DNA from: Chlamydiota bacterium
GTDB taxonomy: Bacteria > Chlamydiota > Chlamydiia > Chlamydiales > RGXB01
Direction of reading: 5' to 3'
Assembly: GCA_016866495.1 (NCBI GenBank)
Contig: VGMG01000003.1
Coordinates: 75,330-139,329, forward strand
Length of the DNA stretch: 64,000 nt
Shown: positions 39,593 through 48,936 of the stretch, in pieces
Position numbering within the stretch: position 1 is the first letter of the stretch
Layout: each line of letters begins with the position of its first letter
Notes under the pieces: model-generated
The model's input: the letters and a program-made list of their open reading frames with translations, nothing else
Database searches by the model: none
What the model was told of the DNA's origin: nothing
Program-made: the position numbers and the translations under genes

Positions 39593-41293
39593 TCAATGGT
39601 AAAGCGACTGGATCAACGAAGAGGCCGCTGCTATCTGTATCAGCCTAGAGGGTTCCCCCAGTTTCTTCAAAAGAAATCGAACAGTTTTGTCCCCTCCTAG
39701 ATAACCCAAGGACTCAACTATCTGGATTTTTTCTTCAAAACTGACATTAGGATACAATTCGATGAGTTCATCGATGATTGCGATCTCTTTACCGAAAAAA
39801 GCTAGGACAAGAAGAGTTTGTAATCGATTCTTTCTATCTGCCGACTTGATCAACTCTTTGGCAACCTCTACAACGTCGGTATCGGACTCTTTAAACAAAA
39901 AGATGAGAGCCATTCTACTTACAGGTACCAGTTTCTTTTCAAATAGTCGCTCCAAAGCATTTTTCGCCCCCTCCAGGTCGACAAGAGCATACGAGCCAAT
40001 TAAAGAAAGACGTGTCAGTTGATCCACTATCAAAGGGTAGTTAGGTAGCATAGGCTGATGAGGCACTTGTGAAGGCAAAATCACAGGAAACATGGAATCC
40101 TCATGAGCATACATCACTAAACCCATCTCATTATGCAAAAACTCTTTGAAAGCGTCTTTGACAAATTCCAACCCTATTTTATGTCGTAAAAACCCTAAAG
40201 CTAGATTAATTTTAGCAAACGGATCCATGACTATTTTTTGCTTTTGCTCAAGGGCTATCAATGCAGGCTTGGATTTAGCTATGAATGAGGCAGCGAGAAC
40301 TCTCACACCGGGAGATTCATGGGTAAGGCAATCCAAAAGAAAATCCAGCGACTCATTATTTTTTATCAATGATAGGGTCCAATGCCCCATCATTTTTAAA
40401 GGTAACGAAACTCCCTCACAGCTTTTTTCAATGACCGATTGCGCTCTTTGAATAGAATCGGGATCGTCAGACAACAAAGCTAGAGCTTCAAACGCCTTAG
40501 AACGCACGTCCATCGAGGGGTCACTGAGGTGCTTAATCACAAGTTCTAAATGCTCTTTTTTCCCCTCCCGTATGATCGCCTCCAATGCAAGTTGCCGATA
40601 TTGGGCTCTCTCATTTTGGATCAAAAAATCGAGTTGAATGGGGTCGATCCCCTCTAAAATAGAGGCTAAGCTTCCTATAGCTACGAGCCGCTCCTCTGAA
40701 GTAGAAAGGGGATGCTCGATCACTTTTTTGAGTGCATCTATCGACTCGGCATTGAATTGCTGACCTGCTGTGCGCATGGCATCCAGACGCACATGGTAAT
40801 TCGTCTCCGTACCAATAAGTTTTGCTACCATTCTCTTTAAAGGTGGATCAGGATAAAAGCCGGCAAGCTTGAGAGCGAATCCCCGAACACGAGCATTCGG
40901 AGAACGGGCTTTTTCCATCAAAATTTTCATCCCACGAACATCGCGAGTTAAAGCAGCTCCCAAAACAGACATCGCTTCACTCGCCTCTCCCCCTTGCGCA
41001 TGCTTTCGTAGAACAGACCATGCCAAAGATTCGATAAGTTCAAAGGCATTTGCGGGTAAGAGGTCCTCTGTTTTTACTAAATTGATGGCCTCTTGGGTTT
41101 TTAAAAGATAAGCCAGAGTCTGGGCATACAAAAATTTCCTCTCAATTTTATCAGGATCTTCAAGAAAATAACTTTTCGAATGCTTTAAAGCACCCTCGTT
41201 ATCTTGTATTAAAATAGAGGAATGTATCTCATTCCAACCCGCCAAAAGAGGAGATGCTAGAATTAAACTACTAAAAATCGTGATTATGCGCAC
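39593..41293 (-). CDS. Exported HEAT-repeat protein (chlamydial conserved)
   Basis: Signal peptide from GTG 41293 (MRIITIFSSLILASPLLAG); repeated xxVRxxA HEAT units; downstream of HIT. Confidence 0.8.
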   Translation of the reverse strand: MRIITIFSSLILASPLLAGWNEIHSSILIQDNEGALKHSKSYFLEDPDKIERKFLYAQTLAYLLKTQEAINLVKTEDLLPANAFELIESLAWSVLRKHAQGGEASEAMSVLGAALTRDVRGMKILMEKARSPNARVRGFALKLAGFYPDPPLKRMVAKLIGTETNYHVRLDAMRTAGQQFNAESIDALKKVIEHPLSTSEERLVAIGSLASILEGIDPIQLDFLIQNERAQYRQLALEAIIREGKKEHLELVIKHLSDPSMDVRSKAFEALALLSDDPDSIQRAQSVIEKSCEGVSLPLKMMGHWTLSLIKNNESLDFLLDCLTHESPGVRVLAASFIAKSKPALIALEQKQKIVMDPFAKINLALGFLRHKIGLEFVKDAFKEFLHNEMGLVMYAHEDSMFPVILPSQVPHQPMLPNYPLIVDQLTRLSLIGSYALVDLEGAKNALERLFEKKLVPVSRMALIFLFKESDTDVVEVAKELIKSADRKNRLQTLLVLAFFGKEIAIIDELIELYPNVSFEEKIQIVESLGYLGGDKTVRFLLKKLGEPSRLIQIAAASSLIQSLYH

Positions 41294-41606
41294 GTTGAGC
41301 CAATAAATGTATATGTAAATGAAATACCGATTGCCCCGCCTCAGGGCCATTATTCACAACTAGCCTATAGCCTTTCTCTAAAGAGTGCTCTTTTGCCAGT
41401 TTTTGAATTACTTCGGTCATAGCTAACAAATACCCGAAATGCTCTTTTTGTAAATCCTGAAATGTTGGAATTTGAATTTTTGGTATAATCAACCAGTGAA
41501 TAGGCGCCTTGGGATGGATATCTTTGATCACAATTACCATTTCATCTTCATAAATTATGCTTGCATTTAGCTCTCTATCGATAATTTTGGAAAAAAGTGT
41601 CTTCAT
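41271..41606 (-). CDS. HIT-family nucleotide hydrolase
   Basis: TLFSKII, HWLIIPK and GQSVFHLHIHLL motifs. Confidence 0.94.
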   Translation of the reverse strand: MKTLFSKIIDRELNASIIYEDEMVIVIKDIHPKAPIHWLIIPKIQIPTFQDLQKEHFGYLLAMTEVIQKLAKEHSLEKGYRLVVNNGPEAGQSVFHLHIHLLAQRAHNHDF

Positions 41607-41615
41607 TTCAAGGCC

Positions 41616-42506
41616 CTATTTTTGATGTAAGTGGTAATTTAAGCTTTTTTTAGCCCCCTCTATGGCCCCCTCTTTTGTCGAAAAAATCGCGATAAAAAGC
41701 CCTTTGTGACAAAATTTTCCCCCTCGAATGCCACAATTTGTCTCAAATTCATGGTCGCTTAAGCCACCCCAATGTTTTGGAAGATCCAACCTTGCCCCCA
41801 TCCTCTCCTCATAAGTTTTGGGGATAACTCTTAACTTCCAGCCATTAGGTACCGGCATAACTATGTATTTTGCCGAGTGTTTTTCCCCCCCAAGCTCAAA
41901 AAAATTTTCTAACCAGGGAACCATCTCATCAAAAACGAGGATTTCTCCCGGATCGTCCATGGCTTTTTTTACCACTTCTTTGCAACGTTGCCTGTACTCG
42001 TATCGCTGTATCAAACGAATAAAGTGTCCATGGGCAAAATCAAAAGCTAAGAAAAAGGCTTTATTCATCTCCTCTTTGGATGCCCCTTCTTGAACCGGTA
42101 CAAAATTTTCTATCACATGGGAAAAGGTGGGAGTATTCAGGACTTCCCGACTGACTCTACCGTTATCAAACGCATCCACATGGTTTATTAACTCTAAAAG
42201 GAGATACTTGTAGAGTGAAGGGTCATAAAATCCCTTATGTAGAAGAAATTTTGCTACCATCCCGGCAGAGCTGAGCTCGCCCATATAGGAGCTTTGGTGA
42301 TGATCAAACATACAGTTTTTTTCATCATAAACTGCCCCTACATCCACAACAAATTGGTACTTGGCAAAAACCTCAGGATCTCTTGAACGGTGAATCTCAT
42401 TTTTTTTTATCAAACCAGCATAGAAGAGCTGTACGCAAGCGATGATCTCATCTGCATGGAATGGACCATCATGGACGACAACACCCGTTTTTTTATCAAG
42501 GGACAT
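41616..42506 (-). CDS. MYG1-family exonuclease (UPF0160)
   Basis: HDGPFHADE, VDVG, FDHHQ, SSAG, DNG and FCHKG motifs. Confidence 0.92.
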   Translation of the reverse strand: MSLDKKTGVVVHDGPFHADEIIACVQLFYAGLIKKNEIHRSRDPEVFAKYQFVVDVGAVYDEKNCMFDHHQSSYMGELSSAGMVAKFLLHKGFYDPSLYKYLLLELINHVDAFDNGRVSREVLNTPTFSHVIENFVPVQEGASKEEMNKAFFLAFDFAHGHFIRLIQRYEYRQRCKEVVKKAMDDPGEILVFDEMVPWLENFFELGGEKHSAKYIVMPVPNGWKLRVIPKTYEERMGARLDLPKHWGGLSDHEFETNCGIRGGKFCHKGLFIAIFSTKEGAIEGAKKSLNYHLHQK

Positions 42507-42672
42507 GGGATATCCTTAATATATAGATCCTAAAATTGTAAGCTTTTTTAAGATCTAGATCAAATTTTACCTAGTTTTAAAGCCCTTTAGAGCTTTTTTC
42601 GATTTTTCCTCTAAGAATGAGCCCTTATAGTATACTTTCTCTTATCTGATTTAGGCAAGGAGGTGCATCTCA

Positions 42673-43140
42673 TCAAGTTAAGAAAGGCTTGAGAAAGTCT
42701 AAAATCTGTTTTGCGTGATTGCCCACATCCACTTTTTCTATTCTCCCCGCCTCAATACCGTTTGGATCAATTAAAATGGTTGTTCTTTTGATCCATTTAT
42801 AGGGAAAAAAATGGAATCCAAAATGCCATTTATACACACCAAAGAGTCTAGAGATGTTTCGGTTTTTATCTGCTATAAGTCGAAAAGGGAGCTGATATTT
42901 TTGTTCAAATTTTTTGTGGCTTTCGGACGTGTCGAGGCTTATCCCTAGTATTTCAATTCCATGTTTTTGCAACTCATCGAAATTTTCCCGTAAATTACAA
43001 GCCTCTTTTGTACAGCCTGGTGTGTCATCTTTTGGATAAAAATATAAAGCAACCCACCTCCCCCTATAATCCTCCAAGTGGATTGGCTTTTCGTCTTGAT
43101 CTACCCCGTTAAAGTGGATGGGTTCTTGAGCTCTAAACAT
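42673..43140 (-). CDS. bcp: Peroxiredoxin Q / BCP
   Basis: YFYPKDDTPGCTKEAC motif. Confidence 0.93.
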   Translation of the reverse strand: MFRAQEPIHFNGVDQDEKPIHLEDYRGRWVALYFYPKDDTPGCTKEACNLRENFDELQKHGIEILGISLDTSESHKKFEQKYQLPFRLIADKNRNISRLFGVYKWHFGFHFFPYKWIKRTTILIDPNGIEAGRIEKVDVGNHAKQILDFLKPFLT

Positions 43141-43171
43141 TCGACTCCTTCTTTATTCGATTCTTATACCC

Positions 43172-44299
43172 CTAGACTAAAAAAGGTTCAACTTTTTTAT
43201 CATTAACCAACCTAAGTTCCCCTTTTTCCCTAGTTAAAAACTCATAACTGATCGGATCGTTTTGTTTTTCAACTATGTCTAGAAGATGGGTCAAAAATAC
43301 TCTATAAACTTCAGAAAAATCGAGCTCTTTCATACAAGGAGCTCTACATTTACGCATTTTTTTACATTTAATATTGAAAGACTGATTGAGAGGACACCTA
43401 CTTTGGTAGGATTTATGAATCTCTCCAATAGGTCCATATACCTTTTTTAAAGTAGGCCCGAAAACACTAAAAGTGGGGATATTTGTAACTCCTGCAAGAT
43501 GTAAGGAGGCAGAATCTACAGCTATCACCATTTTCATATGCTCCATCAGGTATTGCCAATGCGGGATCGATACGATTTTCCATAAATGAACATGCGAAAA
43601 TTCTTGAGCAATCTCTTCGGCCTTTTTTTGTTCAGCCGACTGAAAATAGGGTATGATCACAGGAAAAGCCCAATCTTGGCGCATCAAACGGATCCATTCT
43701 CTAAAAGCTTCTATGGATAAACTTTTTTGATCCCAGGAGCTAAAGGGGCAAAGCATGATAGGTGTTTTTGAAATTGATTCCAAAAAAGCCTCCACCTCTT
43801 TTTTTTCCTCTTTAGCAAGCAAAAATTTTATCGGATGAAATGGTACCCTTTTAGCTTTTGTAACACTATCCACTATTCTCAGATTTCTCTCTTCGGAATA
43901 AAGATCGCGAGGAGCGTAGACTTTATGATTTGTAAAGAGGAGATTGGGCCATTCGGCAACCCCTTGTCTGTCGAATCCGACTTTAGTTTCTGCAGAAATT
44001 AAAGATAAAAGAACCGAAGATTTCAGATTTCCCTGAAAATCAAAAACTATATCAAAAGAGCGTTTTCGAAACCCGTTTAAAGCTTCAATTATAGGTCTAT
44101 ACACCCCTTTTTTGATTTCTTTAAAAGGAAAGGTAATCACCTCGTCAAGGCCCCTTAGGTGAGAGACAGAACTTTGAAACTTCTCTTCAACCGCCCAGGA
44201 TATCTTTGCACTGGGATAGCTTTGTCGAATCTGGTTAAAAGCTCTATAGGTCTGGATGATATCACCGATCGATGTCAATTTTATAATCAAAATACGCAT
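43172..44299 (-). CDS. GT9 LPS heptosyltransferase-like protein
   Basis: ILIIKLTSIGDII, DFQGNLKS, VDSASLHLA and FGPT motifs. Confidence 0.88.
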   Translation of the reverse strand: MRILIIKLTSIGDIIQTYRAFNQIRQSYPSAKISWAVEEKFQSSVSHLRGLDEVITFPFKEIKKGVYRPIIEALNGFRKRSFDIVFDFQGNLKSSVLLSLISAETKVGFDRQGVAEWPNLLFTNHKVYAPRDLYSEERNLRIVDSVTKAKRVPFHPIKFLLAKEEKKEVEAFLESISKTPIMLCPFSSWDQKSLSIEAFREWIRLMRQDWAFPVIIPYFQSAEQKKAEEIAQEFSHVHLWKIVSIPHWQYLMEHMKMVIAVDSASLHLAGVTNIPTFSVFGPTLKKVYGPIGEIHKSYQSRCPLNQSFNIKCKKMRKCRAPCMKELDFSEVYRVFLTHLLDIVEKQNDPISYEFLTREKGELRLVNDKKVEPFLV

Positions 44300-44393
44300 A
44301 CAACTACTTTATAAGGAAATCGATGAAAAATCAAGATTTGCAAGAGGTTAAAAAACAGCGCATTTTGACTAGTAAGAAGAATATTCCTGATTA

Positions 44394-46319
44394 ATGAGAA
44401 ATGTGCTAAGGGTTGCGAGTATGCAACACCCAGATTTCATTCCCCATTTTCTCTCTCCCTTGGGGGAGGTGATCGGTGCCGAAAAAGATGTTTACCGAGT
44501 CCTCTTCAAAGACCTTCCCAAAACGTTTTTAGGCTTTCACAATCCGATTGAAAATTTTTTACTAGATCCTAATATCAACTGTAGGCTTCTTGGGGCCCGT
44601 TTTAATCTCCTTTCGGTAGAAAAAAATGCCCACAAAAATCAGATCATTTTGGAGATAAACTCGGTCTTTCCCCTTGGCATAGGACGAAAAATTGCAAAGC
44701 TTTTTATAAAAGATGATAGATATAGGGTTCAATCTAAGAATTTCTTAGAAGAGTTGAAGAAAGAGGGGCTACTAGATTTCCATAAAAATCCCCTCACACA
44801 GGACGAGGGGGGGTTAATTTTTGAGCTATCCTCCTCTTTTGAGACCTTTCGTATCCCCCCAATTAATACTCCTTTGACCGATTTTTCCGAGACACAAATT
44901 GAAAAAATCTTGATTCCAGACCCTTCAGGGACAGTCCATAAATTTCTTCCAATTAAACATGAGACTCTTTTTCTTGTTTCGGATATCTGCTTTAACCCTC
45001 AAACCACCCATGCCCCTCTATTATATCACAACAATTCTTTGAAATTTGGTATCTATAAAGAATCTGAATACAAACAAAAAATAAGCTTTTTTTCTCATCG
45101 GGGATTAAGAAACTTTTTAGATTCTACAGAAAATGTTCAAAACGTCTTCTCATTAACCCCCACAGAAGAAAATCGCTCTGCCCTTTTTTTAAGCTCTTCA
45201 CAACAACTTAAAGAGCCGCTTACCTCGTTTTGGCATACAGTTCCCTCCTCTAAAGTAGAATTACCCCCCGTAATTCGGAATGATAGACACCACGCACTTT
45301 TAGAGCAGTTCATTCACGATCAACCCGAAACGGCTATTCTGGAAGCGATTTTAGAAAATGAGATCAATTCTGAGGGAGTTCTATTTGTCACTTACCTCCC
45401 CTCATTTTTTTTAAGAGGTCTATTCTTTCAAAAAGCGATCCGTAAAAAGCTCAAACGGATCTACTTCATGAACCCTTCCAAAAAAACACCCGGTTATTTC
45501 TCCCATGCTGATCGCTCTTTTCTATTGGATCTCAATGCCCATGGAATCGAAGTTTTTTGGTACGATAAAACCCTTTTTAAGCTTTTACAATTTTGCGAGC
45601 GTGTTTTGGACTACACGGGAATCTTTCTTCCCCCCAACCGAATTGAGGAATATCACCGAGCCCTAACAATTGGTATCTACGGTTCAAGCTGTGTCTCCAA
45701 AGATATAGAGGGAGATATTAGAGATATTTTACTGGGCTTAGAAGCGATAAAAATAGGATCTTCTCACCATCTTTTAAACCCTACACGCCCTCTAGCTGTC
45801 TCTACAGGAGGTGGCCCCGGCGTCATGGGGATCGCCAACAAGGTTGCCTATGACCTCAAAATTTTATCGATAGCTCATCTTTGCAACTTTTCTTTTGAAC
45901 CGATGAATCCTTATCTTGATGGGAAAATGACCTATCGTATCGAGCGGATGATTGAGCGACAAGCAGAGTTTCTTGTAAAGCTTCCTATATTTTTTATCGG
46001 AGGTTTTGGTACAGACCTTGAGTTAGCTCTTGAGGTGGTCGGACGGCAAGTAGGAAGCTACGAAATTACGCCAATCTTGCTATTTGGAGATGCGGATTAC
46101 TGGGAACAAAAAATCACATCAAGATTTACTCTTAACCACAAATCAGGCACTCTACGCACAGGCGAATACCTCTCCAATTGTCTTATACAAATCTCGTCGG
46201 GCTCCGAGGCTGTTGAGGTCTACAAACATTTTTTCGACGAAAAATTACTTTTAGGATCAAAAGGGAGAGTTTACCCTCGAGGATTTCGTCTCTTCAAGGA
46301 GATCTACGACGATGTTTGA
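44394..46319 (+). CDS. Large protein with C-terminal LOG/SLOG domain (divergent copy)
   Basis: GIYGS, TGGGPGVM, ERQAEF and GGFGTDLE motifs; collinear with the next gene. Confidence 0.8.
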   Translation: MRNVLRVASMQHPDFIPHFLSPLGEVIGAEKDVYRVLFKDLPKTFLGFHNPIENFLLDPNINCRLLGARFNLLSVEKNAHKNQIILEINSVFPLGIGRKIAKLFIKDDRYRVQSKNFLEELKKEGLLDFHKNPLTQDEGGLIFELSSSFETFRIPPINTPLTDFSETQIEKILIPDPSGTVHKFLPIKHETLFLVSDICFNPQTTHAPLLYHNNSLKFGIYKESEYKQKISFFSHRGLRNFLDSTENVQNVFSLTPTEENRSALFLSSSQQLKEPLTSFWHTVPSSKVELPPVIRNDRHHALLEQFIHDQPETAILEAILENEINSEGVLFVTYLPSFFLRGLFFQKAIRKKLKRIYFMNPSKKTPGYFSHADRSFLLDLNAHGIEVFWYDKTLFKLLQFCERVLDYTGIFLPPNRIEEYHRALTIGIYGSSCVSKDIEGDIRDILLGLEAIKIGSSHHLLNPTRPLAVSTGGGPGVMGIANKVAYDLKILSIAHLCNFSFEPMNPYLDGKMTYRIERMIERQAEFLVKLPIFFIGGFGTDLELALEVVGRQVGSYEITPILLFGDADYWEQKITSRFTLNHKSGTLRTGEYLSNCLIQISSGSEAVEVYKHFFDEKLLLGSKGRVYPRGFRLFKEIYDDV

Positions 46320-48405
46320 TTTAACTACTCCCGACGGCTTCATTGAGACCAGAAATAATAATAAAGCCGTTGTCCTTTTTGAGCATGTCTCAGCCAAATT
46401 TTTGGGGTTTAAAATAGACCCCAAGCTCTTACAATTCAATCTTAAAAGCATCCTTGCACAACTAGGTCTTGATGCGGCTTTAGACCATGTCGAAATCGAT
46501 TTTGGCTTAAAAAAAATTCGTGCCCATGTCGAATTTATTCCACGCTGTCCTCTTGGAGTAGAACTTTTGGCAATTTTAGAAAAGGGGGCTTACGTGGGCA
46601 AACTTTTTGCCAAAGATCCTGACCGGTTAGTTCTTAAACCAGATTACCTGGTGCGCATGTTTGAGCGAAGTGATCGACATGGCCACCCCTTGCTCTCATT
46701 TAAAGAGCGTTTCGACTTACAGGTGATCAACGGACAACTGATCGGTTTTATTCCTCTTCTGGAGGGGAAAGTTCTCTATAAAGAGAGTATTCATGGCCTG
46801 CTCCCTACGATCGCTGTTGCCTTAGAAAGAAAAATCTCTTTACGGCATCTTTTGCAACTGCACCAAAAAAGAGATAGCTCTTTACCTCGAATCGTTCAAG
46901 AAAATGAAATTCTTCTGGTTAAAACAGAGCCCCTTTATATCCGAACGGTTTTTGCAAGAGTAAAAAATGAGCTTTTGCCTCCAGGGTATATCCACACTGA
47001 AGCCTCAATATTGGAGCCCACAACGCGTAATTCTGGGGATATTTATGAGTTTTTCGGTAAAAGCAATCAGCCGCTAGAGCAAATACCTCTTGAATTCTAC
47101 GTTTTAGAACCCTACAAAGAGTATGTCTTTTTTTCTGATAGAGATAAACTACAAGCTCTTTTAGCCAACGACCAGAATGTTTTCGAGGCTTTCAAAAATG
47201 CACCGGGATTAAAAAGTAACAAAGCAGCGACATTTGTTGTCAGCTCCAAACAGATGCAGAATCTCAACGCTAAAGATTGGATTGTCAAAGACTACTTTAT
47301 CGAATCCATCCCGACAGTAGAAATGTCTCCTAGCGATTCCATCATGATCCAAAATTACATCCTAAACCAACCCGAAACCTATTTTTTAAACAGAATCGAT
47401 TGGGAGGAGTTCACTTCAGAAGGGGTTCTATTTTGTCGTCATTTCCCTACCTACTTTTTGAAGCGTCTGTTTTTATCTGATAGAACAAAAAAACAGATCA
47501 AAAGGCTCTATTTCCAATTTGCATCCCGTTCCTCAGATCAATTTTTTACCCATGAGGATCGAACATTCATGATTGATTTATACCGTTTGGGGATCGAAAT
47601 TCATTGGGTGGATCTTGTTACAAAAAAATGTCTGCAATTTATTGAGCGCTTAGGACGCTATACTGGAATGTTTGTTCCTAAAGAACATGTCCAGGAGTTT
47701 TTAAAAGCGACTTTTTTCGGTGTTTATGGCTCCAATCTCAAAGGATCCGATTTCGAGCAGGAACTTACCCTTCTTCTTAAAGGAATCCTTGAAATGCGCG
47801 CCTCGTGCTCTCATCCCCTGTTGAATCCTACAACTCAAATCGCTCTGGTAACCGGAGGCGGGCCAGGTGTGATGGAGGTAGGGAATAGAGCTGCAAAATC
47901 TTTAGGAATCCTTTCATGCGCTAACATAGTGGATTTTAGTCTAAAGACAGGCGGATATGTGAATGAACAGGCAATCAATACCTTTATAGATGCCAAAATG
48001 ACCTATCGGATTGATAAGCTTGTGGAGAGACAAGCCGAATTTTACCTAGATTTTCCCATCTTTTTGGAAGGAGGAATCGGAACTGACTTCGAGTATAGCC
48101 TCGAGGAGGTTCGAAGAAAAGTGAACTCCGTGCCCCCCTATCCGGTAATCTTGTTTGGTTCCCCCCATTACTGGGAAATGAAAATCACCAACCGCTTTAC
48201 TATCAACTTGCAATCGGGAACGATTAAAGGTTCAGAATGGATCTCTAACTGCTTTTATGTTGTCGAAAACCATAAAGAAGCAATTGAAGTATATCGTAGA
48301 TTTTTTTCTGACACACTCCCAATTGGGCCAAATTTCCCCCCTTATGAAAAGGGGTTTGTGCGTGGGTGTGATCTTAGTCGTACCTGTGATTTAGGAACAA
48401 CTTGA
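46312..48405 (+). CDS. Chlamydial conserved large protein with C-terminal LOG/SLOG domain
   Basis: GVYGS, TGGGPGVM, ERQAEF and GGIGTDFE motifs; located near MYG1 and DUF1207 as in Chlamydia. Confidence 0.85.
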   Translation: MFDLTTPDGFIETRNNNKAVVLFEHVSAKFLGFKIDPKLLQFNLKSILAQLGLDAALDHVEIDFGLKKIRAHVEFIPRCPLGVELLAILEKGAYVGKLFAKDPDRLVLKPDYLVRMFERSDRHGHPLLSFKERFDLQVINGQLIGFIPLLEGKVLYKESIHGLLPTIAVALERKISLRHLLQLHQKRDSSLPRIVQENEILLVKTEPLYIRTVFARVKNELLPPGYIHTEASILEPTTRNSGDIYEFFGKSNQPLEQIPLEFYVLEPYKEYVFFSDRDKLQALLANDQNVFEAFKNAPGLKSNKAATFVVSSKQMQNLNAKDWIVKDYFIESIPTVEMSPSDSIMIQNYILNQPETYFLNRIDWEEFTSEGVLFCRHFPTYFLKRLFLSDRTKKQIKRLYFQFASRSSDQFFTHEDRTFMIDLYRLGIEIHWVDLVTKKCLQFIERLGRYTGMFVPKEHVQEFLKATFFGVYGSNLKGSDFEQELTLLLKGILEMRASCSHPLLNPTTQIALVTGGGPGVMEVGNRAAKSLGILSCANIVDFSLKTGGYVNEQAINTFIDAKMTYRIDKLVERQAEFYLDFPIFLEGGIGTDFEYSLEEVRRKVNSVPPYPVILFGSPHYWEMKITNRFTINLQSGTIKGSEWISNCFYVVENHKEAIEVYRRFFSDTLPIGPNFPPYEKGFVRGCDLSRTCDLGTT

Positions 48406-48924
48406 GCTGATTCGACCTAGGTAATGGCAAATTGAGGCACATAATGCACTTTCAATAGAATTTCGTCCGATATCTTTTTCCCAAATTCCGATAATTCTTT
48501 TGGATGCGTATAAAGGAATTTGTAAATTACCATAAGCATCGGAAGCAACACCCTCTTTGCTCTCCACTAAAACCATAACGCCCTTTGGACCCGCAATAGA
48601 GCGTGCTAGCCCAACTTCACAACCAGCCACAACGTGTAACCCTTTACCCGGGGGAAATGCCCCATAATTCTTAGCAAGATCTATAACCGTTTGAGCATCC
48701 CTTGCACCATGAAAAAGACCACCAGTTATTTTTTGTGCATCATAGATATTTAAATTTATAAGGTCTTTGTTTTCAGGTCTTATGTAGATATTTTTTCCAT
48801 ACTGAAATCCGTGACGCATCTGCTCAAAATGGTTTTTAGCTGAAAGCAAACAATTAGATCTGATCTCTTTATTTGCCACATTCTTAGCTATATTCCAAAG
48901 AATATTGACATTGGGAATTTTCAT
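48391..48924 (-). CDS. Hypothetical protein with ADP-ribosyltransferase-like motif pattern
   Basis: LFHG...GLHV...LARSIA..GVMVLVE; homologous to the neighbouring gene. Confidence 0.55.
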   Translation of the reverse strand: MKIPNVNILWNIAKNVANKEIRSNCLLSAKNHFEQMRHGFQYGKNIYIRPENKDLINLNIYDAQKITGGLFHGARDAQTVIDLAKNYGAFPPGKGLHVVAGCEVGLARSIAGPKGVMVLVESKEGVASDAYGNLQIPLYASKRIIGIWEKDIGRNSIESALCASICHYLGRISSSCS

Positions 48925-48936
48925 CTTTAAAAAAAC

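Noticed and set aside
41294-41350. Upstream extension of the HEAT protein
   Set aside because: Lies inside the HIT gene; GTG 41293 gives a proper signal peptide
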